From the NCBI GenBank assembly GCA_003427395.1, contig BFEA01000004.1:2709322-2773321 (forward strand): a stretch of DNA of 64,000 nucleotides. Reading direction: 5' to 3'. The notes below the pieces were generated by a model. That model saw only the letters and a program-made list of their open reading frames with translations, was not told the origin of the DNA and ran no database searches. The position numbers were made by a program, and so were the translations under genes. Below are positions 62,401-64,000 of this stretch, piece after piece. Numbering within the stretch: the stretch's first letter is position 1; every line of letters starts with the position of its first letter. This stretch comes from Chara braunii. Lineage: Eukaryota > Plantae > Charophyceae.

Positions 62401-62760
62401 CTCTGTTTGGCTCCTGTTTGACTCCTGTTTGACTTCTGTTTGACTCCTGATTGACTCCTGATTGACTCCTGTTTGACTCCTGTTTGACTCCTGTTTGACT
62501 CCTGTTTGACTCCTGTTTGACTCCTGTTTGACTAGTGTTTGACTAGTGTTTGACTACTGTCTGACTAGTGTTTGACATTACTGTTTGACTACTGTTTGAC
62601 TACTGTTTGACTATACTGTTTGACTACTGTCTGACTAGTGTTTGACCTTACTGTTTGACTACTGTTTGACTACTGTTTGACTACTGTTTGACTACTGTTT
62701 GACTACTGTTTGACTACTGTTTGACTACTGTTTGACCTTACTGTTTGACTACTGTCTGAC
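62401..62760 (+). repeat. 11-bp satellite CT(C/A)CTGTTTGA, ~32 units
   Basis: CTCCTGTTTGA units change to CTAGTGTTTGA and then CTACTGTTTGA; adjacent 43-bp-arm hairpin at 62300-62396. Confidence 0.95.
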
Positions 62761-63764
62761 CACTCCTCCAGTCTATTCAAGATGAAATGGACTCGAGCAC
62801 ACATGAAATTCAATCCCTCTTTTCTGTTTGACCACTCCTCCAGAGGACAAGAAGAAGATCTATCTGTTCAAAGCAGCCTGTTTGTGGAGTCGTGCAATTA
62901 GAAGCATTTTAAAAATCATTGAAACATGTTGCAGGTTTCATCTCATCCCTGGCTGCTGCTGGCACAATTGCTGTTGCAATGTTAGAGCTCCTGCCACAGC
63001 TGTTGGAAGATGCACCCAGGGGAAAAAGAAAAACGATGCAGCCAGTTACACTCATGAAGCCCATGTGTCGGTTCAGACTCACGCGTGTAGACCTAATTTT
63101 CTTCAGCTTTGACTTGGTTCTATTTGAGTCTTTTTTTTATTTGTGGGTCCTTCTTTGAAGGAGGGGGCCGTTTAACATAACGAGCCCTCGTGACTATGAG
63201 GGGCTTAGCATGGGGGATTGCACAATGTGCAATAGATGCCCCAGGCCAGTGCTGTCACTGCTGTGGGTCTTACACTCTCGTGTTCAAGTTTCGCAGGCGG
63301 CCAGCGGCCTATTGCTTCCACGCATTTCTTGGCTATATGTTCAATCCAGGCCTGGAGGCCAGCTTGCCCTTTCAGGGAGGCTGGAGCTTTGGGGTATAGA
63401 TAAACTTCTGTTGGGACCTCCTGTCCTGGGGTTGTGGGGCGGGGAAATCGAAGAGGTGAAAACAAACAAGCCTCTGGCTGGTGAAGGGTTGTGGACCTGC
63501 AGTTTGATTATTATGGCCAACAACTTGAACCCTGCAGTTCTGATGCCAGCCGGGCGTAACAAAAGGTTTCCTGTCAGGCTTGTGTCTTCTTGCACAAGGA
63601 TGCGCAGGGGGTACTCACGCCAGGACTTTACTGGACGTACCTAACCATAGTTTGGCTACTTGGACTATCCTTAGGCTAGCTTGTGTTCCCCTCCCTTGGA
63701 CTTCCGGCACCTCAGAATAGTACATCGAGCACACGAATGGTGAACAAGTTCGGGACATGGCATG

Positions 63765-64000
63765 TGGTCCAGTCGGCCGTTTTGGCCTGGTGCCAGCATG
63801 ATACCCATTGCGGTCCAGTTGGCCAACCCTGCAGAATAGGACCTGCGGTCCAGTCGGCCGTTTTGGCCTGGTGCCGGCATGATGCCCATTGCGGTCCAGT
63901 CGGCCGTTTTCGCCTGGTGCCACCATACCCATTGCGGTCCAGTCGCCCAACCCTGCCGAATAGAACCCCAAGTCGGCAACCCATTGCGGTCCAGTTGGCC
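63765..64000. repeat. GC-rich tandem repeat running off the window end
   Basis: Recurrent CCCATTGCGGTCCAGT(C/T)GGCC with two alternating spacer types. Confidence 0.85.

Overview
Eukaryotic, repeat-rich nuclear DNA. The plant-type U6, RSZ and PPR sequences, intronless low-complexity genes and a liverwort-like mitochondrial rps19 piece suggest a streptophyte, probably a Chara-like alga (inference). Only two credible protein genes are present: an intronless RSZ-type SR splicing factor (1695-2582, +) and a large intronless P-class PPR gene with long disordered inserts (56001-60383, +). The rest is intergenic: hAT-like and other MITEs (three with 8-bp TSDs), a tRNA-derived SINE, a LINE ORF2 remnant, a decayed three-copy ORF module, tandem and fold-back repeats, microsatellites and one 100-N gap. 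The most notable observations are: (1) three U6 snRNA-derived copies, two of which are TSD-flanked retroposed inserts sharing essentially the same ~18-19 nt internal deletion (candidate U6-derived SINE, or a recurrent RT template jump); (2) a shattered mosaic of very short mitochondrial fragments (group II intron domain V, cob, atp4-like, rps19) joined at microhomologies; (3) an 11-bp satellite whose terminally redundant template lies in an adjacent hairpin. All identifications come from reading the sequence against remembered consensus sequences; no database searches were run.
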